A stretch of 64,000 nt of DNA from an uncultured Chroococcidiopsis sp. (GTDB taxonomy: Bacteria > Cyanobacteriota > Cyanobacteriia > Cyanobacteriales > Chroococcidiopsidaceae): contig CAXTYC010000016.1 of assembly GCA_964248365.1 (NCBI GenBank), forward strand, positions 32,001 through 96,000, given 5' to 3'. Position 1 is the stretch's first letter; each line of letters opens with the position of its first letter. Both the position numbers and the translations under genes were made by a program. Below the pieces are notes generated by a model. That model worked only from the letters and a program-made list of their open reading frames with translations. It was not told the DNA's origin and made no database searches. This document shows, piece by piece, positions 1 to 9,246 of the stretch.

Positions 1-1
1 T

Positions 2-403
2 GGGCTTGCCTACAATGATACAACTGGTCCACAAAGTTTTGGTGTTAATGAAATTGATACATTAACTGGCGGAGCGGGACATGATACATTCCAGCTTTGG
101 GGTGGTTCTGGACGTTCTGGAATTCATGCTTACTATGATGGGAATGGTAGTAGAGATTACGCTCTGATTACTGACTTTAACCCCAAAGAGGATATTATCA
201 AACTTACCCATGTGGAGGGTTCTAGTTCGACAACATCACCAGTTCACTATATATTGGGTGCATCTCCTAATGGTTCCTCGACAGACACAGGGTTATATAT
301 TGATAAGCCAGGTACTCAACCTGATGAATTAATTGCTATCTTGCAAAATAATGCGCCTGGAACTCTAGATCTTAATGCTTCTTACTTCAGCTATTTTGGC
401 TAA
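2..403 (+). CDS. C-terminal part of an RTX/hemolysin-type Ca-binding secreted protein (5' truncated by the window edge)
   Basis: The frame is open from base 2. It reads EIDTLTGGAGHDTF...DYALITDFNPKEDIIKL...DELIAIL...YFSYFG*, a typical cyanobacterial RTX/type I secretion C-terminus. Confidence 0.8.
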   Translation, partial: GLAYNDTTGPQSFGVNEIDTLTGGAGHDTFQLWGGSGRSGIHAYYDGNGSRDYALITDFNPKEDIIKLTHVEGSSSTTSPVHYILGASPNGSSTDTGLYIDKPGTQPDELIAILQNNAPGTLDLNASYFSYFG

Positions 404-482
404 CAAATTCTAAGTATTATCCGAGCTTGCAAAAAGTTTTATTACTTGCTCTAACTTAGATCTTGCATCTATCCTATAGTCT

Positions 483-580
483 GCCTGCTAATTAATTAGC
501 AGGCTCTCAGCCAAAGTCTTCTATAGAAGACTAACATACACAGTTGCAGTCCATTTCAATGGACTTGGAGCTATTAGCCC
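483..580. repeat. Multi-hairpin dispersed repeat (REP/PATE-like)
   Basis: Contains the palindromes GCCTGCTAATTAATTAGCAGGC, AGTCTTCTATAGAAGACT and AGTCCATTTCAATGGACT, followed by AGCTATTAGCCC. The same layout occurs at 49416-49541 and partially at 23667-23722. Confidence 0.7.
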
Positions 581-846
581 AAAAAAGAAGTAAGGGGCGG
601 TTATTGAAACTGGTGGAATATGTGAATCTAACCTAACTGTGGTTAGAGCTTTTTTCTAGTAAGTAGCGAGCGTTGTTACACTTGTCAACTTTGATATCAG
701 GCAAAATTAATTATCTATAGCTAACACCGTTTGGTTTTATTGGTGCAACATTCTACTTGCACAGTGAAGGTTTTATCATCCAAAATCTATGGTCCCCAAA
801 ATCTAAAATGGTACAACACAGCAGTAGATAAGTGCAAAGGTTGGAA

Positions 847-1629
847 ATGACACAACAAAGCTGGGTATTGACTCAAAAAGAAGGAGCTGTAGTAGCTGTA
901 GCTTTGCACGATGGTCATTTGATAGGGGAGGAAGTGACACCACTGTTGGCGGTGAGTGAAGCCGAACGCTGGCGTGAAGAAGATCCATTTACCGCCGCTT
1001 GGGTAGGATTTGCAGATACGCAGATTGTAGTTAAGCGATCGCGTTTTGAGTTTGATTTGAATCGACCACGATCAAAAGCAGTATATATTAAACCACAAGA
1101 TGCTTGGGGGTTAAAAGTTTGGCGCTCAAAACCATCTAAAGAAATAATTGCGCGATCGCTAATTGAGTATGATGCTTTCTATAGCGAGATTGAGCAAGTC
1201 TTTGCCGATATAGAACGTCGTTTTGGTCGCTTTGTCGTATTTGAACTGCATACATATAATCATCGTCGCCAGGGAGCTACAGCCTTACCTGCTGATCCGA
1301 TGTCGAATCCAGAAATTAATCTTGGCACTGGTACAATGGAGCGCGATCGCTGGAAACCTGTAATTGACAGCTTTCTCACCGATATGCAAAACTTTGACTT
1401 TTTGGGTAGAAAACTGGATGTGCGGGAGAATATCAAATTTCGGGGTGGATACTTCCCCACTTGGGTGCATCAAAGGTTTCGACAATCTGCGTGTGTATTG
1501 TCTATCGAAGTGAAGAAGTTTTTTATGGACGAATGGACAAACCAACTCGATTTAGAACAATTAGATACTATTGGCTGCGCTCTTAAATCAACTGTACCTG
1601 GTATAATTGAGGCATTGAAGCAAGTTTAA
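847..1629 (+). CDS. N-formylglutamate amidohydrolase family protein
   Basis: Motifs ALHDGH, REEDPFT, SRFEFDLNR, ELHTYNH, FRGGY and IEVKKFFMDE. ATG at 847 is preferred over GTG at 832. Confidence 0.85.
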   Translation: MTQQSWVLTQKEGAVVAVALHDGHLIGEEVTPLLAVSEAERWREEDPFTAAWVGFADTQIVVKRSRFEFDLNRPRSKAVYIKPQDAWGLKVWRSKPSKEIIARSLIEYDAFYSEIEQVFADIERRFGRFVVFELHTYNHRRQGATALPADPMSNPEINLGTGTMERDRWKPVIDSFLTDMQNFDFLGRKLDVRENIKFRGGYFPTWVHQRFRQSACVLSIEVKKFFMDEWTNQLDLEQLDTIGCALKSTVPGIIEALKQV

Positions 1630-1637
1630 TATGTGCT

Positions 1638-2153
1638 TCACCATATACCTAGTGGCGATCGCGCCCAGGATGCATCAGCCTGCACTGTCCAGTAATTATT
1701 AAAGATTTTGTCAACTGTTGCTTGATCGGGCTTGGGAAAATCTATAGGAGGTAGTTCACGCCGTTCGGCTGGCTGAGCTAAGCCGATAAGCACCTGCTCA
1801 AACCCAGCCGGAGTGTACCCATTGAGTACATGACACACCTCGCTTGTAACCTTGAAGTGGTGAACCGTACCGCGTGGAATCCAAAGGGAGTCACCGTCGC
1901 TTGCAGTAATATTTTCCTCGCCGACGGTTGCGTTCATCTCGCCCTCGAAAATGTAGAACCACTCGTCAACGCTATGGATGTGCGGCACAAACGCACCAGA
2001 ACCGCGACGCATAAACTGCTCCATCACCGAATACGCACCCCCTGTATCGTTACCGTCTACTAGTACATACCAGAGGATATCAATCATCCAAAAGGCAGGT
2101 GCGTTTTCGCGGTTAGTGCGTAGTGCTTTATTTGAAAGAATTGGGGCAGTCAT
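1638..2153 (-). CDS. Cupin domain protein (quercetinase-like)
   Basis: Motifs PHIHSVDEWFYIFEG and GDSLWIPRGTVHHF, then TPAGFE. Confidence 0.85.
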   Translation of the reverse strand: MTAPILSNKALRTNRENAPAFWMIDILWYVLVDGNDTGGAYSVMEQFMRRGSGAFVPHIHSVDEWFYIFEGEMNATVGEENITASDGDSLWIPRGTVHHFKVTSEVCHVLNGYTPAGFEQVLIGLAQPAERRELPPIDFPKPDQATVDKIFNNYWTVQADASWARSPLGIW

Positions 2154-2368
2154 TGCAATCTCCTTTACCTCAATAATTGAGTGCAAACAGTATCAAGCAC
2201 AAATTCCCATTGGGTTAGCTTCCTGCCGCTAATGGCAACGTCTGTTCCTATGATGGTTAAGATAATCTTATAGATACTATTAGTTTTACCTATCGTCCTT
2301 TAGATGTATTAAATTGGGACATCCAAAGCAACACTAGGGCAAGCTATCAGACTACCAGCACAGATAAT

Positions 2369-3031
2369 TTACCGCTTGAGTGCTAAAGTAAGTCCATCGG
2401 CAATTGGAACCAGACTTAAAGATACTCTTTGATCGTGGTGTAGCTTCTGATTCAAAGCACGAATTGCTAATGTACTGCTGTTTTGAAATTGAGAATCTGC
2501 AACTCGTCCACCCCACAGAACATTATCAATCGCAATCAAGCCACCAGGACGTATTAATTCGAGCGATCGCTCATAATATGGGTCATAATTTCCTTTATCG
2601 GCATCAATGAAAGCAAAATCAAACGTTTCTTTTTGTCCATCTGTCAACAACTGATCTAATGTTTCTAGTGCTGGTGCTATACGTAGATCAATTTTGTCTG
2701 CCACGCCTGCTTTTTGCCAATACCGACGAGCGATCGCAGTATATTCCTCACTCACGTCACAAGCAATAATCTTACCATTGGGGGGAAGCGCTAGAGCAAC
2801 ACAAAGGGAACTATAACCAGTAAATACGCCAACCTCCAGGGTTTTGGTTGCACCCAACAGTTGAACTAACAACGCCATGAATTGACCTTGTTCTGGCGCA
2901 ATTTGCATTGTAGCAAAGGGATGATTGTTTGTTTCATGCCGTAGCTGCTGTAAGATTTCTGGTTCTCGCACAGAAACAGATAGCAGGTAATCATACAGCC
3001 GATTGTCCAATCCAAGCGTCTTTTTTGACAT
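2369..3031 (-). CDS. SAM-dependent O-methyltransferase (caffeoyl-CoA OMT-like)
   Basis: Motifs LEVGVFTGYS, FDFAFIDADK and DNVLWGG. Confidence 0.92.
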   Translation of the reverse strand: MSKKTLGLDNRLYDYLLSVSVREPEILQQLRHETNNHPFATMQIAPEQGQFMALLVQLLGATKTLEVGVFTGYSSLCVALALPPNGKIIACDVSEEYTAIARRYWQKAGVADKIDLRIAPALETLDQLLTDGQKETFDFAFIDADKGNYDPYYERSLELIRPGGLIAIDNVLWGGRVADSQFQNSSTLAIRALNQKLHHDQRVSLSLVPIADGLTLALKR

Positions 3032-3133
3032 TGTTGGCTGAATAGTTCGAGTTGTTTACAGCCTATACTATCGTTGGAATAAACGTAGGTATAAGATTAG
3101 ACATCTTGCTTAAATCAATATTTGCCCTTAGAC

Positions 3134-3184
3134 GTAGGGACGGGTTTATACTAAAAATAATATGTGGGTTAAACTTGCCCGTAC
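3134..3184. repeat. GTAG-type REP-like inverted repeat
   Basis: GTAGGGACGGGTTTA...TAAACTTGCCCGTAC; same family as 28365, 35927 and 40176. Confidence 0.6.
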
Positions 3185-3194
3185 AGGGGCTAAT

Positions 3195-3629
3195 GTGAAT
3201 TCTATTCGTCAAGCATTTTTACTGGTTTTTACAGGAATCTTGCTGGTACTACTGACAGCTTGTGGCACTTCTGGAATTGCACCAAATAACCAAGTGGTGC
3301 AACGGGGTTTAGCACTTGGGCTAGAACAAACCCAACAACAACTGAGTAAACAACTAGGCTTGGATGTTAAGGGGTTTGAAATTAAGCGAGTGGAAATTAC
3401 CCAGCAAGAACCGTTAAAAATTCAAAATTTACCTGCTTATCATCTCAAAGGTACATACGATTTGACAATGCAGCTACCAAAGCGACGGCTGAGTCAACAG
3501 CACAACCCTTTTGATATTTACCTGCAACGTCAAAAAGAAGGTAAAACGTGGCGTTTGGCAATTCCGAAAGTTGCTGATAATGATACTCAGCCCGTTTGGT
3601 TTACTTATTTGATTGACCATAGCAGCTAA
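3195..3629 (+). CDS. Conserved cyanobacterial lipoprotein of unknown function
   Basis: Hydrophobic signal with an LTAC lipobox and the motif FDIYLQRQKEGKTWRL. GTG at 3195 is the likely start, because the upstream part of the ORF lies in a REP. Confidence 0.7.
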   Translation: MNSIRQAFLLVFTGILLVLLTACGTSGIAPNNQVVQRGLALGLEQTQQQLSKQLGLDVKGFEIKRVEITQQEPLKIQNLPAYHLKGTYDLTMQLPKRRLSQQHNPFDIYLQRQKEGKTWRLAIPKVADNDTQPVWFTYLIDHSS

Positions 3630-3756
3630 AATTGGTGTGATATCAAAAGCGCTACAAGTTTCTAGTTTCCAGGTTGAGCCTGGACTATTCTAATTCCCAA
3701 GCATCGCTGTAGAAACTAGGAAATACTCGCAAGCCTCAACGCTTGATTACTGCAAT

Positions 3757-5706
3757 ATGCAATTTCCCCGCCTGCACCCAGACACAATTGAAGAAGTCAA
3801 ACAACGGGCTGACATTGTAGATGTCGTCTCGGAACACGTTGTATTACGCAAGCGGGGAAAGGATTTTGTCGGCTTATGCCCGTTCCATGCTGAAAAAACT
3901 CCCAGTTTTAGCGTTATTCCGACTAAGCAGATGTACTACTGCTTTGGTTGTCAGGCTGGGGGAAATGCGATTAAGTTTTTGATGGAATTGGGTAAGCGTC
4001 CTTTTATTGAAGTAGTGTTGGATTTAGCACGACGCTATTCTATACCAGTGCAAACGCTCGAACCAGAACAGCGGCAAGAATTACAACGGCAGTTATCTTT
4101 ACGAGAGCAATTGTATGAGGTAATGGCGGTAGCTGCCCAGTTTTATCAACACGCTTTGAGGCAACCCCAAGCCCAGTTAGCTTTAGATTATTTACAATCT
4201 TCACGCCAATTAAGTCTAGAAACAATTGGGCAGTTTGGATTAGGTTATGCTCCGGCTGGGTGGGAAACTCTATATAGATATCTGGTAGAACATAAACGCT
4301 ACCCTGTACAGCTATTGGAACAAGCAGGATTGATTCGACAAAGACAGTCGGGGCATGGCTACTATGACTACTTCCGCGATCGCTTGATGATTCCGATCTA
4401 TGATACTCAAGGGCGAGTAATTGCTTTTGGTGGCAGAACTCTTGGCGACGAGCAACCAAAGTATCTCAACTCACCAGAGACAGATATTTTTAGTAAAGGC
4501 AAAATTTTATTTGCCCTGGATAAAGCTAAGGGGGCAATTTCCCAACAAAATCAAGTCCTAGTAGTAGAGGGATATTTTGATGCGATCGCTCTTCATGCAG
4601 TTGGAATTACCAACGTCGTTGCATCCCTTGGCACTGCTCTTAGTTTAGAGCAAGTACGCGCTTGTTTGCGCTATAGCGAATCTAAAGAATTGGTACTCAA
4701 TTTTGATGCAGATGCAGCAGGCACTGAAGCATCTATGCGAGCAATTGGCGAAATTGCCAATCTTGCCTACAAAGGAGAAGTCAGCTTACGAATTCTCAGC
4801 ATACCAGAAGGCAAAGATGCCGATGAATATTTACGTAGCAACTCACCCGAAGATTATCGAGAACTGCTAAAAACTGCTCCTTTGTGGCTTGACTGGCAGA
4901 TTGGCCAAATTGTGGCAAACCGAGATCTCAAACAAGCTAGCTCTTCTGGGCAAGTAGCTGGGGCGATGGTGAAGTTACTCAAACAGATTAGTGATGGAAT
5001 TCAACGCAATCATTACATCCGTCATTGTGCTGAGATTTTGAGCTTGGGTGATGCCAGAATGGTATCAATGTGGGCAGACAATCTCTTGGGGCAAATCACG
5101 ACGGTTAATAATTATCGCACGATGCCGACGAGGAAACGGCAGCCGAGGCAGGCTAAGTCTTTACCAGCAGCTAGCGATCGCTCATTATTAGAACAGGCTG
5201 AGGCAACACTGTTAAGAATTTACCTACACTGCCCAGAATATCGCCCAGCTGTCAGTGATGCTCTTTTAGAGCGAGATTTACAATTTAGCCTGTCTCACCA
5301 TCGATTTTTGTGGCAACAGATTTTAGAAATAATCTCTAAAGATAGCATTCCAGCCCTCAGCCACCCTCCTACAACTCAAACTCAAATAGATTTAATTTCA
5401 AGTTTGCAAGTCCGATGTTTAGAGTTTGAAACCGAAATGGCTCAAGTTGCTTATCTATTTCACTTGGATGAAAAAACCCAACACGATTTATTTCGAGCAA
5501 CCCAAGTGATTCAAGCCGCTACTGCTTGTATGGAACGAGTAATGTGTGAAAAACGCTATCGTTACTTTCTCCAATTGTGGCAGCAAACTGATCCGGCGAA
5601 AGAGCCAGAGCAATACAAATCATACTATGACTCACTGTGTGGGGAAAAGCAGCGGCTGCAAGATTTAGACAGACAGCGGCAATTTTCTCTAAATGATTTG
5701 ATTTAG
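3757..5706 (+). CDS. dnaG: DNA primase
   Basis: CPFH...CFGC zinc finger, KYLNSPET, VEGYFDAI and a FDADAAG TOPRIM domain. Confidence 0.97.
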   Translation: MQFPRLHPDTIEEVKQRADIVDVVSEHVVLRKRGKDFVGLCPFHAEKTPSFSVIPTKQMYYCFGCQAGGNAIKFLMELGKRPFIEVVLDLARRYSIPVQTLEPEQRQELQRQLSLREQLYEVMAVAAQFYQHALRQPQAQLALDYLQSSRQLSLETIGQFGLGYAPAGWETLYRYLVEHKRYPVQLLEQAGLIRQRQSGHGYYDYFRDRLMIPIYDTQGRVIAFGGRTLGDEQPKYLNSPETDIFSKGKILFALDKAKGAISQQNQVLVVEGYFDAIALHAVGITNVVASLGTALSLEQVRACLRYSESKELVLNFDADAAGTEASMRAIGEIANLAYKGEVSLRILSIPEGKDADEYLRSNSPEDYRELLKTAPLWLDWQIGQIVANRDLKQASSSGQVAGAMVKLLKQISDGIQRNHYIRHCAEILSLGDARMVSMWADNLLGQITTVNNYRTMPTRKRQPRQAKSLPAASDRSLLEQAEATLLRIYLHCPEYRPAVSDALLERDLQFSLSHHRFLWQQILEIISKDSIPALSHPPTTQTQIDLISSLQVRCLEFETEMAQVAYLFHLDEKTQHDLFRATQVIQAATACMERVMCEKRYRYFLQLWQQTDPAKEPEQYKSYYDSLCGEKQRLQDLDRQRQFSLNDLI

Positions 5707-5947
5707 GGGCTAGAGGCTAGAGGCTAGAGGCTAGGGAAAGGATGAAGGATAAAGTATTAAGTGTGAAGTATGTACGCGAACACGAGCGCTTGCTTCCCCG
5801 AAGGGGTAGTGTAGCGTTAGCGTAAGCGCGTTGCCGTAGGCTAGGAGACCCACGACAGGAGACAAAAGACAGAATATTTAATTCTTTCCTTTTCCCTTTC
5901 CCCAAGTCTTTTTCCCTAGCCCCTAGCCCCTAGCCCCTAGCCCCTAG
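5705..5947. repeat. Inverted pair of heptamer tandem arrays (TAG[AG]GGC)n/(CCCTAGC)n enclosing small GC-rich hairpins
   Basis: Arrays at about 5705-5735 and 5914-5947. The interior holds GCTTCCCCGAAGGGG, GCGTTAGCGTAAGCGC and GCCGTAGGC. Confidence 0.8.
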
Positions 5948-6474
5948 CGACAAAATAGCGTAGCGCGTGTTTCCCTTCCTGTCGTCGGATTAGTACCTTT
6001 GGCAGTTTTGCACAATTTTTCTTGCTCATCTTGACGCAGCAAAACATCGGTGAAGTCTGCTCCATCGATTATTGCTCCATCAAACTTGGCGTTAGTAGCA
6101 AACGCCCCCTCTAATACAGCATCGGTCAAATTTGCTTTGATTAAACGAGCCGAATCTAGAGTAGCGTTGGTGAGGTTAGCTCCCTCTAAATTTGCTGACT
6201 CTAGATTTGCTGCGAAGAAACTGACTTCCTGCAAATTCGAGTGACTCAAGTTACTATTACGGAGATTGGCTTTAGTAAAGCTAGAGTCTGTTAAGTCACG
6301 TCCTGAAAAATCAGTATCGATCAAAATTTCTCTGTTATAGTCGAGAGCAAGAGCGCTGGGAGCATTGACGAAAGTTAAAATAGCGATCGCACCAATAGCA
6401 CCTACACTTACCACTACTACTAGCAATAAACTAAGTATTCGTTTCCCAATCCAATTTTTAGTCCTAAATTTCAT
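5944..6474 (-). CDS. Pentapeptide repeat protein with signal peptide (thylakoid-lumen type)
   Basis: A(D/N)LXX repeats and the C-terminal LC..A.GTNPTTGRETRATLFC motif. Confidence 0.9.
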   Translation of the reverse strand: MKFRTKNWIGKRILSLLLVVVVSVGAIGAIAILTFVNAPSALALDYNREILIDTDFSGRDLTDSSFTKANLRNSNLSHSNLQEVSFFAANLESANLEGANLTNATLDSARLIKANLTDAVLEGAFATNAKFDGAIIDGADFTDVLLRQDEQEKLCKTAKGTNPTTGRETRATLFCR

Positions 6475-6488
6475 TGTGTCTTCAGCCA

Positions 6489-7151
6489 ATGGCGAACCTT
6501 CCACCATCTCATTATCCCGATATTGGTGTCTTAGGAGAATATCTAGTTGCTCAATGGTTGCAAACTAGGGGCTGGATAATTCTACATCATCGCTGGCGTT
6601 GCCGTTGGGGAGAGATTGATCTGGTTGCGAAGCTAGATTTACACCTGGGGGAAGCTGGGGGAGCTGGGGGAGCTGAGGGAGCTGAGGGAGAAAGTGCATT
6701 CAAATTTCTTGACTTGAAAGCAGGGATATGGCATAAACCACCCCCTCAGCCTCCTCAGCCTCCTCAGCCTCCTGATCTCTCTTCTAGCCTCTCGCCCCTC
6801 GCCTCTCGCCCCTCGCCCCTCATGGCCTTTGTCGAAGTTAAAACGCGCTCTCAAAATAATTGGGATGCGGGAGGATTGTTAGCGATTACGCCAAAAAAGC
6901 AGGCAAAACTTCGGCAAACTGCACAGTGCTTTTTAACAACTTACCCTGACTTAGCACAATACCCTTGCCGCTTTGATGTGGGGCTGGTAAGTTACCAAAT
7001 AAGCAAAAATCAATCTGGACTGTCCAAGTCATCAATTAGCATAGAAGCTGCAACCAGCTTATCATCTATGTCAATTCAACTTGGACAATCTATCACAATT
7101 GGTAACTACCAGCTATTGCTGCAAGAATACCTTCCCTCAGCCTTTGATTAA
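6489..7151 (+). CDS. yraN: YraN family (UPF0102) nuclease-like protein with an in-frame repeat-derived insertion
   Basis: Motifs GE.LVAQWL...GW.IL, WGEIDLVA, FVEVKTRS and CRFDV. A low-complexity insert lies between DLVA and FVEVK. Confidence 0.88.
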   Translation: MANLPPSHYPDIGVLGEYLVAQWLQTRGWIILHHRWRCRWGEIDLVAKLDLHLGEAGGAGGAEGAEGESAFKFLDLKAGIWHKPPPQPPQPPQPPDLSSSLSPLASRPSPLMAFVEVKTRSQNNWDAGGLLAITPKKQAKLRQTAQCFLTTYPDLAQYPCRFDVGLVSYQISKNQSGLSKSSISIEAATSLSSMSIQLGQSITIGNYQLLLQEYLPSAFD

Positions 7152-7171
7152 CTCACCTCACACCTGGGGCT

Positions 7172-7561
7172 TCAAGCCAAGGTTTCTGGACAGTACCCCA
7201 ATCCTCTGACAAACTGCTGCCGGAAGCTTTCTATTTCTTCACGTTCTGGACTACCATGAGAGACAATGGCAACCTGGTAGCGGCGCATGACATCAACCGG
7301 AGACTGTCCTGCTTCCAAACTCCAAAGAGCCATTCTGACGCGAATTGGTGCTTCGTAGGAAATTCCCAATTCATTTAAAAAAGCCCGAAAGTCTCCATCT
7401 AGCTGAGTATTGAGGGGAGATTTCATCTTGACTTTGACAACCCAGCCATCAATTTGATGAATCACGGTAACGAAACTTACGGGCAGTTGAGGTCTGCTGT
7501 GCAGGTACTCAACAATCCTCAACGTGAGGCTAGCATTTCCAAGATAGTACAAGTATTCCAT
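7172..7561 (-). CDS. Conserved cyanobacterial hypothetical protein
   Basis: MEYLYYLGNASLTLR...GLGYCPETLA resembles a conserved cyanobacterial family. ATG at 7561. Confidence 0.75.
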   Translation of the reverse strand: MEYLYYLGNASLTLRIVEYLHSRPQLPVSFVTVIHQIDGWVVKVKMKSPLNTQLDGDFRAFLNELGISYEAPIRVRMALWSLEAGQSPVDVMRRYQVAIVSHGSPEREEIESFRQQFVRGLGYCPETLA

Positions 7562-7846
7562 ATCCCTGACGGGGAGACAAGCCAATCCTTACAACTTTAT
7601 TGTTGCTAATTGAAAACACGTTTACTAGCGGAGAACCCCCTAATGACTATGGGTAGATTCCCCCAAATTGCTATGTAATCATTAAAAACGAAAACTTAGT
7701 ACAATCGGTCAAAATATTGATCATTGACTAATTGAAAGATGTCCTGCCATCAATTTAAAGATTTACCTTCTAAGTTGGATACCGTAAAAACACGGAATTT
7801 TGCCATCTAATCCTCACCTTTGCTAGATATTAACGTAACTGGTAGT

Positions 7847-9052
7847 ATGCCATCACAAAATATACCTCAATCCAACGTCCCAACTACCAATGCAGGAGAA
7901 TTAGACTACTCCTTAGCTGGCTACGATTATGAGCTTCCGCCCCTTCAGATTGCTCAAAATCCCGTGATTCCAAGAGATAGTGCGCGGTTGTTGGTAGTGA
8001 ATTCTCCTACTGCTCACTCTCATCGCGTCTTTCGTGATTTACCCCAGTTACTTAAAAGGGGTGATTTATTAGTAATGAACAATACACGGGTGATTCCTGC
8101 TCGTCTATATGGGCAGAAAGCTAGCGGGGCTATGGTAGAGGTGTTGCTGTTGGAGGAGAGGCAACATAATGTGTGGCTGGCTTTGGTGAAGCCTGGGAAA
8201 CGCTTGCAGCCTGGAGCAAAGATCTTTTTTCAAAGTCAAAAGTCAGAACTTGTAGAGACGCGATATATCACGTCTCTACAGCACTCAGAAGTCAAAATAT
8301 CTAATTCTTCTTCTCCCCCTGCTCCCACAGCGAACCCTGCTCCCCCAGCCAGCCTAAGTGCTACCATCTTAGCAACAGACAAGGAAACCGGAGGGCGGTT
8401 GTTGCAGTTTGATCTGCCATCCGATACGTCGGTGATTGAGCTATTGGAATCGTTTGGTCAAGTACCTTTACCGCCCTATATTACGAATTCTCAGGCAGAT
8501 TTGGAACAGTATCAGACGATTTATGCTCAGAACCCAGGAGCGGTAGCAGCGCCTACAGCTGGACTACATTTTACACCAGAATTGCTCAGCCGATTGCAAG
8601 AATGTGGTGTGGGGCAAGCGTTTGTGACTTTGCACGTAGGAGTAGGGACGTTTCGACCTGTAGAAGTGGAGGATGTGAAGACTCACACAATGCATGGTGA
8701 GTGGGTTGAGGTATCGGCACAGACAGTTGAGCACATTCGTGCCACGAAAGCGCAAGGGGGTAGAATTATTGCCGTAGGAACAACGACGGTGAGAGCTTTG
8801 GAAGGTGCAGCAGAATCTGGGCAGTTACAACCGTTTTGTGGTAAGACAAATTTGTTTATTTATCCAGGCTATCAGTGGCGAGTGGTAGAGGGGATGATTA
8901 CAAATTTTCATCTGCCTCGTTCTAGCTTGATGATGTTGGTAAGTGCTTTAATTGGTAGGGAGCGGTTGTTAGATTTATATCATGAGGCGATCGCGTCTTC
9001 TTACCGCTTTTATTCTTTTGGTGATGCGATGTTGATTTTACCATCAGCATGA
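7847..9052 (+). CDS. queA: S-adenosylmethionine:tRNA ribosyltransferase-isomerase
   Basis: Motifs YDYELP..IAQ, NNTRVIPARL, AAPTAGLHFT, TNFHLPRS and YRFYSFGDAM. Confidence 0.96.
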   Translation: MPSQNIPQSNVPTTNAGELDYSLAGYDYELPPLQIAQNPVIPRDSARLLVVNSPTAHSHRVFRDLPQLLKRGDLLVMNNTRVIPARLYGQKASGAMVEVLLLEERQHNVWLALVKPGKRLQPGAKIFFQSQKSELVETRYITSLQHSEVKISNSSSPPAPTANPAPPASLSATILATDKETGGRLLQFDLPSDTSVIELLESFGQVPLPPYITNSQADLEQYQTIYAQNPGAVAAPTAGLHFTPELLSRLQECGVGQAFVTLHVGVGTFRPVEVEDVKTHTMHGEWVEVSAQTVEHIRATKAQGGRIIAVGTTTVRALEGAAESGQLQPFCGKTNLFIYPGYQWRVVEGMITNFHLPRSSLMMLVSALIGRERLLDLYHEAIASSYRFYSFGDAMLILPSA

Positions 9053-9246
9053 AGTTAATATATTTCTCTTTCGCAAAACTAGCCACTTCTACAAAACGTT
9101 CAACAGCGGAGCTTTTACGGTTGAGTTTGATTCGCTCGACTACTGAAAATCGGGGCGATCACCGTTTGTGGGGATGTGGGGATGCGATCGCACTTTTATT
9201 CATATTCAAAACGTAATGCGATTACAAAAGCGATACAGGTATCGCT

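Noticed and set aside
5717..5905. Short ORFs in repeat-rich spacers (also 14854-15072, 35553-35762, 40110-40310, 42741-42959)
   Set aside because: They are low-complexity translations of tandem repeats.
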